A stretch of 64,000 nt of DNA from Obrimoposthia wandeli (lineage: Eukaryota): positions 124,001 through 188,000 of the forward strand of contig CDROCS010003752.1 in NCBI GenBank assembly GCA_977020255.1, written 5' to 3'. Each line of letters starts with the position of its first letter. The first letter of the stretch is position 1. A program made the translations under genes and the position numbers. Shown in pieces: positions 33,349 through 46,694 of this stretch. The notes below the pieces were generated by a model. It worked only from the letters and a program-made list of their open reading frames with translations. It did not search any database and was not told where the DNA came from.

Positions 33349-34600
33349 CTGCATTAGCTTGTAACAGACAAAATCGAAAAAATGTAGAGGAAAGGCAAAT
33401 TTGAAAGAAGACAATTTTAAATTAACAAACAAACTAAATGTCATGAAGTTACACAAAGTTTGATTCATTTGCAAACATTCAGTTCGGACACAACAATATT
33501 TGAATAACATATATAAATATAAACTGAATGTCAATCAACATCTAATAAATTTTTGAAATATTTTCCTTGGAGTTTGATACATTTTTCCTTAGATTTGGTA
33601 GCATCGTCTTTGAAGAAATGTCAAGGTTGAAAAAAGCCTATTATTCTATAGTGGTATACATTTCCTTTTAATTATTGTAAAATTGACTTTATTAAAGAGA
33701 AAAAATAGTCGGATGAAGCAAGGACAGTTAAAAGTTAGTAAATTTATTTCGTGGAGCTTTAGAATAGTGAGATGGGATATATGCATATTCGCGTTGTTAC
33801 ATTTTTACCTATAGGAAAGACTTTCAGCAGCATGATTCTCTTACAATCCAAAACACGATTGCAATTCACTTCTAACGTCAACAACTGAGTGATCACTTGC
33901 ACAATACGATGTCTTTATTGGTTCACTTCTTCTAAAATTTCCCCAATACACCCGCATAGAGAAAAAATATTATTGTTCAATTTCTTAAGAGGCTTTCTTG
34001 CCACTCTCACCCTACAGTTCATATTAGTTTGACTTATTTTTTGGGGTACCTATACATTAATGAGACCTGTTGTTGCTTTAAAATGATTGCAAATCCTTGC
34101 ATAGTTTACTCTATTTAATATTTATGATCAAGTTCAATTCGGGATATTTTTTCTATAAATTTTTCTGACCATAAAAATTAACACTCTAAAATATACATAG
34201 ATTAAAATATAATTAGTTTTCAAATTTCACATGTCATAAGTTATCCACAATAATGAAATATGATTGACAAATAGAAAATGAAGTTTTTATTTTGAAAAAC
34301 AATTTGAATACAATGTATTTCTTATTGGCAATAAAAGACCTCTGTCAACGCTGGTGGATGGAACAGAAGATTTTGACAGAATTACGTCAGAATTCTCACA
34401 ATGAATCTAATGACTCTGTTGAACAAATAATCGATTTCAATTAAAGTAAGCTTAAAGTACATTTTTTAATTAAATTATTATTCTATGCAATAATAAAAGT
34501 TCATGTTTTGAAAATGTGTAGTAAATAAATACCTGATGGCATGAAATTAAAACTCAGATTTCTGATTTTGATAGATGGTTAATTCTTGAAATGCAATTAC

Positions 34601-34691
34601 TTACTTCGGGAACATTCATTACGGAGTTTCTGGGATATTGTGATGCTCTTCTCGCAGCATGTGCAGCCAGATCATAGAATTTGGTGTCCAT
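34601..34691 (-). CDS. Candidate first coding exon of the F-box gene (MDTKFYDLAAHAARRASQY...)
   Basis: ATG with an in-frame upstream stop inside a GC-rich island; GTAAGT and GTAATT donors follow; the phase link to the next exon is ambiguous. Confidence 0.35.
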
Positions 34692-37129
34692 GGAAGCTGG
34701 AAAATGCTATGTCGTCTATGTTGAAGGGTTTCGAAAATCAGAATGGTGATGCAGAAGCACGGCAATTGGCGTAACCGGGATCAATAATGTCGATGTGCAA
34801 GTCGTAGACAATGTTGTCGACTAGTTGGCATTTAGCAATGACACAGCAACAGCAAAGACTGATATGATGCATCGCACATTCGATTTGCTCATCATCGAGA
34901 TGTCGACCAAGATGGACACACACACACACACTCAGTCGATGGGAAATGTGAAGAATATTTAATAGTACAACCTGTGAATTGTGCAGTCAGCATTTCTAGT
35001 AGATGTTTACCTGCGAATTTATCGTATCTTGCCAGGTCTGTAAGTGGGTAATATCCAAGAAATGGAACAAATGGGTTTTTGTTGATGATCTCGACTTTGT
35101 TGCAGCAATATTATCCACTGCCTTTGCAAAATTAAATGTTTCATTTGGTCCAAGTCAATTAGATACCCAAAACATTGCTCACCGTTTTTTAAATGTAAAA
35201 ATCAACAAGAAATAACTGCACCATTTTCAATTTTGAATAAAAATTATTATTATATATTTCAATATTCTGAACATTTGGGACATATTGCAAGAAAAATAAT
35301 TACGATATGTGCATTATAAATAGAAACCTTTGTTATACTTTAGCAGTGGCAGTTGAATTTTTAACTAATTAGAATAAGCGGTATGTAGAACAATTAAAAA
35401 CTAGCGAGACATTGTAACAAATCTGTAACAAAACAAATCAATAAATTTTTTAAAAAATTTTACAATGAAATTATTTTTTTACAACTGTTACATTTGAGAG
35501 TTGTATTCTTTGAGTACTGTTTACAGCATCCTTGTCTTCATGTTGGGAGTGTATATGTCTGCAGTCTTCATAATAGTTGCAACAAACATTCTCGAATGAG
35601 CAGGAAATCGCCGTTCTTTGTTTGGTATTGATTCAATCAATGACCTTGCAACAAACTATAAAATCAAGACTAATATAACTTTCACTATGCAGTGTGTCTG
35701 AAAAGTCCTTGGAATATGAAAATAAAAGAGTTAATGAATAAACTTGTTACTATATTTGAAACTTACATTCATTTTAGTTTTAAACTCCATAAATGTGAAT
35801 TCTTAGTTGAGTAATATTTATCTGACTACTATAAATAGAGCAATGAAACGATTGCCTAAAGGTTTATGTAGAATCTTAGATGATTTAATTGTTTTGAGCA
35901 ACAGTAACTTAAATCTTGCAACAACTGGTTCCTGTGAGTAGAAAATTTTACTTTTTAAAATTCATTTACTTGAAACTGGTTCAGTATCCAGGTATTGTCC
36001 GAGCTGAGCAAGACCAGTAACAATCAGGCGTGATGCAAATTTGTAAACAATAAAAAACTGTGATTGACCGAGAACCAACGACTTCAGTAAGAAATATATT
36101 GATGATCATACTAACAAATCTGGAAACTCCCTAGAACAGCCGGATTATGAAAAAAAGTAAAAAACTAACTTAATGTATCCCTGGTAAATAACATTTAGTG
36201 CTGATTTTCATTTAGATGCGGAACAGGGGACAAGCACAACTTACATTATTGGAGCATTGATAATACTCATATTCTTCACACAACAAAAATATCTGTGTAG
36301 AATATCAAAAAATCATTTAATCCTATATTTTAGAGTACAAAATGTAATATAGAAACTATGTGTAATCATTAGAGACAAAAAATTAGAAGAACAAAAATAT
36401 AAATATAATTACTTCGAAAATATTAAGTTATTTAGTCAAAAAATAAAACGAATGATTTATATTTTATTGGTATATTAAAATTAAAAATCATCCGTTACTA
36501 CCTATTTCAAAAATTATTTAAGATATTTAAAATAATGAAAGTCAGTTACTACAGTTTGCAGGCAACTCCAAAGTTGACTGTTTTTTTAAAAGATCATTTT
36601 TATTAATATAATTTCCAAACTACTGACAAATATAAGTAACTTCTACGTGATAAAGTTTAATTTAAAAAAATTGTTTTATTTGAATAACAATGTTTAATTT
36701 TTGAAATTTCTGAATTTGAAATAATATCTGAGCTTTTAAATTAATTGAAAAAATGCATAATACATTTCTGTTTTTTGTATAATTTCACTTTCATCTAAAC
36801 TGTGATAAAGTGTAATTTTATATGAAGCAATATTTTGTTAGATATTATTTTTCAGTTTTTATTTGAATTTGTATATATTTTTCTAAAATAAATACCACTT
36901 AATAATGCATCGTTATTTTGAGTTAAAATTTTAATTTGACAGAAATTTTTCAATTATTTGTACAGTTTAACAGAACCAAAGTTTAAAATAATATTTAAAA
37001 TCATTAAAATGTATTATAAATTATGTAAAATTAAAAAATTAATTCATTAACTTTTCATAACATCATGTTATGTAATCAGAAACCAAAAATATCTTACCGG
37101 AAATATTTGTTTATAAATTATTATGTAAA

Positions 37130-40100
37130 TTTATTAGAAATGAAATCCATAGTTGACAAAATTTGCGAATTCGCAAAAGTAAAGCAAGTAGAAGGCGAAC
37201 GTTTCTCAGCGTTCAGCATTAGAGTTTGTAAACTTGTTGAGGCCATGATGGAAAATACTGCTAGCAAGGATGGGCTGACTGACGCTTTTATTATAGGTGA
37301 TTAGTAAGAAGGGAAAAACTGAAGGAGCAGTTCTTATTAAAACTGCATATATCAAAAGAAGAAATGGAGTTGTTGGCAAAGGTTTATAGCGAAATTCAAA
37401 AAGTAAAGAAAACCCATATCGCACAAATTCAGAATACATATGCAAATACATTAAAAAGAGAATACGACCGTCTAGACAACAGTCCTCATTTCTAAACAAT
37501 ATGAAGAAACACTCAGTACCAGTACCAGTACATCACGAAAAAATAATATATGTTAATGAAGAAAAAAAATACATAATTAAAAAATAAGACGCACAAAACC
37601 AAAATAATATGAGACCAATGCCAAGGTTTTCCTTAAAATAAATAACTAAAAGAAAATGTAACTTAGCCAAGTGTTTGCCGCTCACAAAAAAGTGAAGAAC
37701 TCCAGCCATGAGAATGCTTTTGTTGTTTTGAAAATGGTCATTTTCAAAACCAATGTAATCACATTTTTTTGATTTGCAGAAAAAAATACATAATTTCTAT
37801 TTTAAAAAAAAGCTCACGTAAAACTTTGAAAGAACTTTGTAAAACAGAAAAAGTGAGAGAAAATATTCAAGATTTAGAAGATTGTAATAGTGATGACATG
37901 CTAATAAATGACGTTTATCAGGGAAACGTGAGTGATCCTATCACTTACATTTCGTCTGTTGGATCAACACATAGAACCAAAGCGGAATGAGAAGATGTAT
38001 ATAAAGAATGATGGCCGTGAATGGAGAATAATGAGGTTTAATGATGAAGATGTGGAAATTCTGTGGGACTCCAGAGCATCATGATCTGTAATGAGTAAGG
38101 ATTGTTGAAAGAAAGAAGGATCTCACAAAATGATAATGAATAATGTATTTAAGTAGGTTTAATAATAAAGTGTTGTGGAATGGATAGTAGAAAGTTTAGG
38201 AAATAATCGTTGTAGAAGAAATTAAAGCAGATTTTATTGGTGGAATCGATACGATGAAAAAATTCAGGATAAAGCTGAGGAAGTATGTAATTTGAACTCA
38301 TCTTATAAAGTTTTACTCGAAAGAAAGAACAGATAAAATATGTAAATCTTTAAAATGCAATAGGGACTCAATTCTAGGACATTATATTGAGGAGTTTGAA
38401 AAATATTTATGTGTTCTATATGTGATTTAGGATATATCAAAATTGACTCATAATATTGAGTCTATTGTTGATGCAATTTTTGTCAAAATCCTAGACGACA
38501 ACCAATGCATTTAGAAAACCAAGTTGATGAAATAATTGAAAATTTACTCAAATCAAACGTTATTAGGCGTTGTGAAAGCCATTGGAACTCGCCATATTTC
38601 ACTTTGAAGAAGCCAGACAATAGAATGGGAATGGGTGTTGACTACAGAAAATTAAATGCTGTAACCAAGAAGTTTACATTTCTCATACAGGATGCACAAC
38701 TTTTATTCGATTGTCTGGCCGATGCAAAAATATTTACAACTCTAAATATTGAACAAGCTAATTATCAGATAGATATATAGAATGAGTCTCGGACAAAAAC
38801 TGTATTCAGTACAAAACTGGGCCATTTTTGTTTCAATCAGTTGCCATTTTGGTTGGCTACAGAACCTACAACATTTCAGAGTCTGTTGTATAAAATTTGC
38901 TATTCAAAGGAACAATTGTATATCTGGATGATATCCTTAGTTATACTAACAACCAATATGAACATTTTAAATTTATAAAGAAAATATTCAAAATAAATTT
39001 AGCTGCAGTCCTCAATAGAAACCATAATAAATGCTACATTGGTCAGAAACAGTTAAAATTTCTAGGTCATACTATGACAGAAAGCGGAATACGTACAAAT
39101 CAGTCGAAAGTCAACGAAATTATAAATTTCAAAGAACCAGATTGTGGTGGAAAACTAAGATACTTCCTAGGAACGACAAACTATTTTCGTCGATTTTTTA
39201 AAAATTATGCCAAAACGGCAGCTCCACTTTATGCGACGGGTTCCAGAGATAAGAAGTCAATACAATGGTCACTGGATTGTAAAACAAATTTTGCTCTCAT
39301 CAAAGAAAAATTAACAACATCTGCCATAATAACTTTCGCGTGTGAAATAAAATAATATAATTGATAGAGGTGCAATTAGGGCAGTATTGAGTTAACTGGA
39401 TGAAATTAAAAAACGAAAAAGTTATTACATGCACTTCAAAACATTTGACTGCTCCTGCTACCGGAAAAAAACTTTAAGCAGCATACATTTTTTTGTATTT
39501 CAAACTATACTTATATGGAACATAATTTTTGGAACATATCATAAAGTATTAGCGTTTTTAAGGACGTCGATAAAACCAATCAGTCCTCAATTTTAAACAT
39601 GGATGGCACATTTATCAGAATTTAATTTTAAATTAGAACATTCTAAAGGTATTAACCATAGTAATGCTGATAGCATGTCAAAATTAAATGAAACAGTCTA
39701 TGCTCAATGGGAAATTAAACATATAGACACACAAGAGAAGAGATTTAAAATATGATATATTCCTTCACTAAATGAAGACAACTTCTTTAGTAAAATAAAA
39801 AAATGCAACAATGAAATTATTAATGAAATGTATTAATATATTTGTCACCTAGGAATGCAAACGGTATATAACTATATGAAAGATAACTTCTATTTGAAAG
39901 GAATGTTTCAAGAAATATAAGAATGTACCTAAAAATGCATTCATTGTGTCAAAAATTGAAACAAGCAGAACAAAATAAATATATCTTCAAATAAATTATT
40001 CTAGATAAAATCTTTGCATATATAGCCCACGTGAAAGAAGGAAGCTCTAAAAAGAAATATTATTGGTTAGATATATGATTGTTACGACAATAGCGTCTAC

Positions 40101-40460
40101 TAAATCAGGAAAATGCTGGCATGGTTTATTGCCACAAATTCAATTTTCTATAAAAAGAAAAATTCAAGCATCGAGTTCAACCACAAACAATAAAGAAGAT
40201 ATCATTCAAGACGTAAGAAAGAACCAAGAAATCACAGAAAAAAGTTTGAGAAGTTAGATAATGAAAGAAGAGGGGAAGGATATTTTAAGTAAATGAAAAG
40301 GTACTTGTTAAAAAGACACAATTAAAAGAAGCAAAAATAGTGACCAGTATGAAGGCCTATATAAAATAATATAATTTTTGAGTTCACGACAAGTATCGAT
40401 TCAGTTTCCAAGAGGAATCCTCACTATGAGAATCGAATGGCTGAAAATTCCTATGTAAAT
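37130..40460 (+). mobile_element. Highly decayed Ty3/Gypsy element (gag-PR-RT-RH-INT)
   Basis: ILWDS.AS (protease), WNSPYFTLKKPD...VDYRKLN and YLDDI (RT), FLGH, RYFLGTTNYFRRF, NADSMS. Confidence 0.85.
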
Positions 40461-41399
40461 CTGTATAATATAAATTATGTTGTGAAATCTAACTTTTGGA
40501 TTATGTCTATGATAGAAGAATAACTATAGTTGATAAAGAATGTAATTTCATTTTTTAGCAAAATATAAATCTTTGAGTAGATCATTTATTATCCTTTGAA
40601 AAAATCTTTAGGTCCATCATTAATTTCAATAACGTTTGGTAATGGAATATTTTTTTAATTATTTTCTAACAGTTTTTGTAAATAATTATAAATACAAGAT
40701 AAACATTGTAGGAAGTTTTTAAAAATGGAATCAACGACGATCTTCTTAATATAATTAGGCTTTTTAAGTTTTTTTTAATTAGAAAAAATAAAAGGTAATG
40801 AAAGAAATTAAACATTTTTAAAAACAAATTAAACAAATCGGGATTCTTGTAATTTGTTCCCTACGATAGTAGTCAGGGTTTTGTATGATTTCATGAAGAT
40901 TTTTTGAATTTCTTTCTTCCTATTTGGCTCATTGGCGTACCTACATTCGCCCAGTATAGTCAGAATACGCTAAATACCATTTGTCAGAACTCAGTTAGAA
41001 TTAGTTGCCCCAGCTTTATATCATCAATAACACGTAAGTGATTTTGAAAAGTTTCGATTAAAAAAATTAAATGAAGAAAATAATTTTCAAGAAGCATTTA
41101 TCTTTTTTATTCTTTTATTTCTTTAATTCTTTTGTTGTAATTTATGATAAGTTTATTATTGACAAATTAAACTTAAGTAATACGATTCTTTTAAACTTAT
41201 AAATAAAAACAGTAAATTATACATAAGAAAAATTGTAAAATTAAGAATGTTTTTTTCATATGCCGATTTATTCATCTATGGACTAGTTAGCTAAGTTTGA
41301 GCTAAAATGTAGATTTAGATCAGAATAGCTCTATTTATTTTACCAATTTCTTGCTCAGTTCTTTTCTATATTGGATCTAAATTTGACATTTTTGGATTA

Positions 41400-42430
41400 G
41401 TATTGACTAACAAGAGAATGTAAGATGTTTCGGACAGGGGAATTTTGAACTAGGACTTTTCGGGAATGGCTTTTTTAAAGTAGAACGTTTCAGACTTTCA
41501 AGGTTATTTTTGGGTCAATTTATATTCTCTAATACTTCTGCTCTAGGCGAGTTCAAAGCCAGACTTCACATTTTGTGATCATGTTTACTTTCAGTACCTT
41601 TTTTATCATCTGAATCAGTCAATATGGCGAAAAATGCAGTCATTGGGTCTTTCTAATCTGTATGAAACTGATAATGACTTTCGTTTATTTTGGGGTAAAA
41701 TAAATGCACATGTATTTCTCCCTACAGATCAGGTCACTGAAGGCATGACTCACCTCAGAGATGCAGTTCTAGAAGAAGCTGCTCCACTCCTTTATTTTGA
41801 CACAACGTATGTAACCAGTCAACTTCAACTCCGTGCACAACCGAATTGCACTATGGAACATGTACGAGGTCACTCTCACAGACAAGCCACGCACCAACAA
41901 CGTTTTGAAAGGATGGAACAACAAGTTTCAATCACATCCTGGACATAATCATCCTACAGTCTGGAAGCTCATTGAGTGCTTACAAAGAGAGTGCGCTTGG
42001 GTTTTAGGCATTCTTCAATGTGAATGTGGTGTCAGATTGGAGAAAAAAACAAAGAAAGTGTATTCTGAACTCCAAACCAGACTTCGTAATGTTTTATGAG
42101 AACAGATTTTCTGAGGTGGAAAGACTGATTACAGTCTGATTGATTACAGTAAATGTTGTTAATAAATAAATGATTGAACTGATGATATTTTGTTTTGATA
42201 TTTTCTTATAAAATAATATTTTAAAAATTCTGAATTGATTCAATTTGTTTTTCTCGTAAAATGACTCAAACCTTTTTTTAAACTGACTTTTTCTTATAAA
42301 TTGACCCAAAAAAAAACCTTGGAAGTTCAAAATGTCCTACTTTTGCAAAGGTCAGTCTGAAACGTCCGCGCACCCTAATGCAGGACGTTTTGGACTGTTT
42401 TTTAATGTAAGACATTTTGGGCCTTTCAGA
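41400..42430 (+). mobile_element. Mutator-like (MULE) transposase remnant with partial inverted ends
   Basis: FLPTDQV...YFDTTYV...WNMYE...PRTNNVLKGWNNKF; inverted match aaggttatttttgggtcaattt / aaattgacccaaaaaaaaacctt. Confidence 0.7.
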
Positions 42431-43479
42431 TGTTTGGTAAAAAATTGTGTTTTTTCTTAAAGGTTTTTGAATCAATTTATAAATAAATAGCTTAATTCTA
42501 ACTGTAAAATTTACCAGATTATAGATCTATAGGATTAGTAAACATTGACTTTGTAAGCTGAAATTTCAGACATCGGTTTTGGTGTTTTTTTTGACTAATA
42601 TGGATTTTGAATAATTGCATCAACATCACAAAAAACATATTTTTAATTGAGATGAGTTTCGAGGAACAATCACATTTTAATGTAGGCTCATACAAACAAT
42701 TTTCTTCAGAATTTTTTTCATAATTACGTGACAAAATCGATTATTTTGTTTTTGATTTGTTAACATGGATTGTGGAAAACTATTTCATACAATTGGGGAA
42801 AATTATAGTTTAATACGCAAATCAAACAAATCATGGGAGAGGTCTTGATTATCTTTTACACTATTTGAATTTTTTCACAGATATAATTGTTCAAAAGTAT
42901 CTTTAAAACTATATAGCTTCGACTTTTAAAATTTCCATATTGCTCTTTAAATTTTACATTCTTATTGGAAACATGAAGTGTTATGTTTATTTTTATACTT
43001 ATGATAGGTGGCTGACAAACATAATTAAATTTAAATCACAAATAAACTTCATCTTATACGTAGAAATATTCACATTTAAAAAAAGAATAAAGTCGAATAG
43101 TTAAAATTAAATTTAGTACCCACTACATGATGAAACAATTGATCTTCAGTAGCATATCTAGTAGGGAGGGTCGAACTTTAGAATTCTATTTCAACATAGT
43201 ATAATAATTTTTAAATTTTGTCCAAATCAAGATATTAAAAACTTAAAGTTGTGAAACCGTCCATACTCCCGCATACTCCACCCTGATTTTGTATAACTAT
43301 CAAGACTTTGAGTAAATTCAAAGGATTCAAAAATGTATATTATAAAATAACTAATAAAAATACACGACATTCCAAATACAATAAATAATGTCTGTATTAT
43401 GAATAAACAAAATGTTTAGAAAAGTTTATTTTATTTAAAATAAGTTTTCTAAAGAAATTTCCACCGAAAAACAGTTATT

Positions 43480-43860
43480 TGTTTCCTCGATTCTTGAACA
43501 TTCAAGATATATTCGTATCTTTTTACATGGCCTATGCAGTCTTGAGAAGCTTTTGTTACTAAATTAATGGATCTTTAAACTCCTTGGCTGTGACATAACC
43601 TTCAAAACCTTCTCTACAAATTTTAAGCAAATCATCATTAGTGACATGGTTAAAAAGTGGCGATGCATTTATTATTTCTTTGTTCCAATTAATCATGTCT
43701 ACATGAGAAACTTCGCTATACCAAAGACCCTAAATTAACCTGAAAATAATTATGGCTGAAAGTTCTCGCCAGAATGATTTTCTGAATTGCTATTTCTCCC
43801 ATCTTTTCTAGTATCATTTATAATATATAGTAGAATATTCGCCGGGTGGGCAGTTAAAAA
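43480..43860 (-). mobile_element. Degenerate DNA transposase C-terminal fragment (hAT-related, family uncertain)
   Basis: CHSQGV.RSINLVTKAS..CIG...R...ESR resembles the PCHTQAVER.VKLVTEAS block. Confidence 0.45.
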
Positions 43861-46039
43861 CAGTTATTCTTAAGCATATTTTGTAATATAATCTGATATT
43901 CAATTCTAAAGACTCTAAAAATTCATTAAATACCAGAAATTATATGCACTGTCTGCAACTGTTGGGTGAGATTTAACACAAAATCAATCAAAAAACTTAC
44001 AAAAATGAAGCAATAAATTCATGTAAAGTTCGAAATTAAATTATATATTGTTGTCTATATATTACATATATTGTTAAAATGAATTTGTACACCATAAACC
44101 AGTGCATGCTGGAAAATATTTTAACATTTTTTTGACATTTTGACACAATAATTTGACCATGTATTTAATTTAAAAAAACTTAAACTTAATGAAATAGTTT
44201 ATCACGAAAGAGGTTAGAAAAAATATGTGGGCTCTTGTTTATAATCCAAAAAAGTCACTTAGATATAACTACGTACATTTCTAAATTGGTTTAGAAAGAC
44301 AGAACTGATCTGAATTTCACGGGTTTTTATCTGGTTTATTTTTTATCAGTTGATGTCTCAAATTTTGCATTCAATAATTCTATCTGCAGATTTTTTTGTT
44401 ACATTCTCTATTTGCTGATTTATAATTTGATACACAGAGATTTAAATTCTCACGTATGTAACGAAAAGTAGACATACATGTTTTAGATTTCTCAACATGG
44501 ACAACCAAAGTCAAGGACTTCAAATAATCTAAAAATTCGATTTCAGAAAAACAATGGGAAAAATATCCTCGATGCTAATTATGGCCTGAGAAAGAATATT
44601 TTTAGGCAAAAAGACATATTTTGTATTTTGAAAAATCTTTAGAGTTTTCCCAAAATATTGACACAAATTGAAAATCCATATTTAGAAACTTTAAGAGTCG
44701 TTTTGTAGGAATTCAAATATTAAAAAAAGTTTCGTGTGGATAATTGACTTTATTAATATCATTGCAATAGCTCTAAAACTTAAACTATAATAAAAACAAA
44801 ACCAGGAGCCAACAATTAGAAGAGCTCATTTAAATACTAAAAGTTTAAAAACGATAATGATGACATGTGACAAAATTAATACAAACACTTTACTTTATTC
44901 ATTCTGCTTGTAGATGCTGGTCCAGAAGAAAATAAGATTTTTATCTAACCTAATATCTTAAAATTGGGCTTTTACAAAGTTTAGGGTTCCGATATTTATT
45001 ATGTATCTTGGTATAATTTGGATTCTCAACTCTTTTCATAGTTCAAAAAGCGATGCTCAAAATAAAAAAAATTACACAAACAATTTCTAAACTTTAGTAC
45101 GTTTCATATATTAATGGATAACTTTTGTACAGAATTGATTTATAGTTTGTTCCAAGTTTAGTTTTCTAACTCAGATTTTGTTTTTGAAAATAATTTTATA
45201 TTTTTGTATATTTCCTATTTTCCGTATTCTTATATGACTCCTTTTTCATATAATACACAATCAATTTGTTTTTGAACAAAAAATCGAATTGATTCAGATT
45301 TTTAGTCTCTATATTTATATTCTGTACAAAATTTGAAAGCCCTTTTAAAGTCGATAATTGTTAAGTAAAAAATGTCATTGGGTAAAAAGATTTTTTTTCG
45401 GACTTATTTTAAACAAACTTTTCATAACATCTATTTAGCTTTTATTTCAAAATTTACTCATAACATTAAAATCCTAGTCGTCCCAAGATTTATTTTAGCC
45501 TAAAATCAAAGAAAAATGATACTTAGTTTTTTTTAAAATAATTTAATTCTTTTTTAAAGAATACGCGTAAAACACTCAATTGACAAATAATTTTTTATGT
45601 AGATTATTGAAAATTCACTAATACATTGATGAAATTATTTAAAATTACGATTAATTGGAAAATTTCCTAATTTGGAAAACTATGATGAAAAATAGGGTGC
45701 ATATAATAAGATTTTCAGTCTGAAGGATTTTACATTTGATTAAAGCTTAAATAATTTCGTTTCTTTAAATTATTATGCCTTGTAGAGATTTACAGACTTT
45801 ATATTTTGAAATTGTGTTATTATTGAATATCAACAAAATATGTATGGACAGTGGTAATTTTGAAAAAAACAGGTTTTCAAAGGCTTCAAATATATATATG
45901 TTGATGATGCATTGCATATGTGGGTCATACAAAAACATTCCTCTGGGCAGCCATTATTGGGCTCTTTAATAGGCGAGAAAGCATAAATTTTAATGATAAT
46001 TTAAATGGTTAACTATAATTTAAAGTAAGTACTGGTTGA

Positions 46040-46694
46040 TTCTGCAACTTGAAATCACAACATGATATTAGAGAACTTCCAATTCATGGCCAATCAAGCT
46101 TTCAACTCATACTAAATCACGCGATAAATTAAACAAAAACTGAAAAAAATATTTTATATGTTAGCATTATATTGAACGCATAGAACCAAATATTAAAAAG
46201 TGGCGTAGTGACCTCAAATAGTGAATCAAATTGAACATTGACAGAAATTATAAGAATGCGACGAAGATGATATAATGCCATAGTTAAATTGTGATATGGA
46301 TGATGTCAGATTTCAAATTCTAACTGATGAAATAATCGATTAATTTACTGTTCTGAATAAACAGACGATTCTGTCAAAATCGGAAGAAAACAATTGATTC
46401 TAAAGTTTCAAGAGCTCTTGAATGTTTAGATGTTGCTTTACAATGGTATGAAAAAATATCAAATGTTATATTCTACAGCTTTCAGGCTTAGGAGATAACC
46501 GTGACTTGGCTGTCTATAAAAAAAACTCCAGGCCCACAAGTTTACTTGAAAATATCTCAGTATATAATCTTTAATAAAATTAATATATTTGTTATTTGTG
46601 TGTAAATATTTGTTTTAATTTTGTGTTTAATTATATTTCATTATCCGAACTTCCTACATCTTCGTTTTATTCGAATAATAGAGTTTCTACTGTA
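46040..46694 (+). mobile_element. Tigger/pogo 3' remnant
   Basis: Ends gagtttctactg-ta (CAGTAG-type TIR + TA); LD.ALQWYE-like residue upstream. Confidence 0.4.
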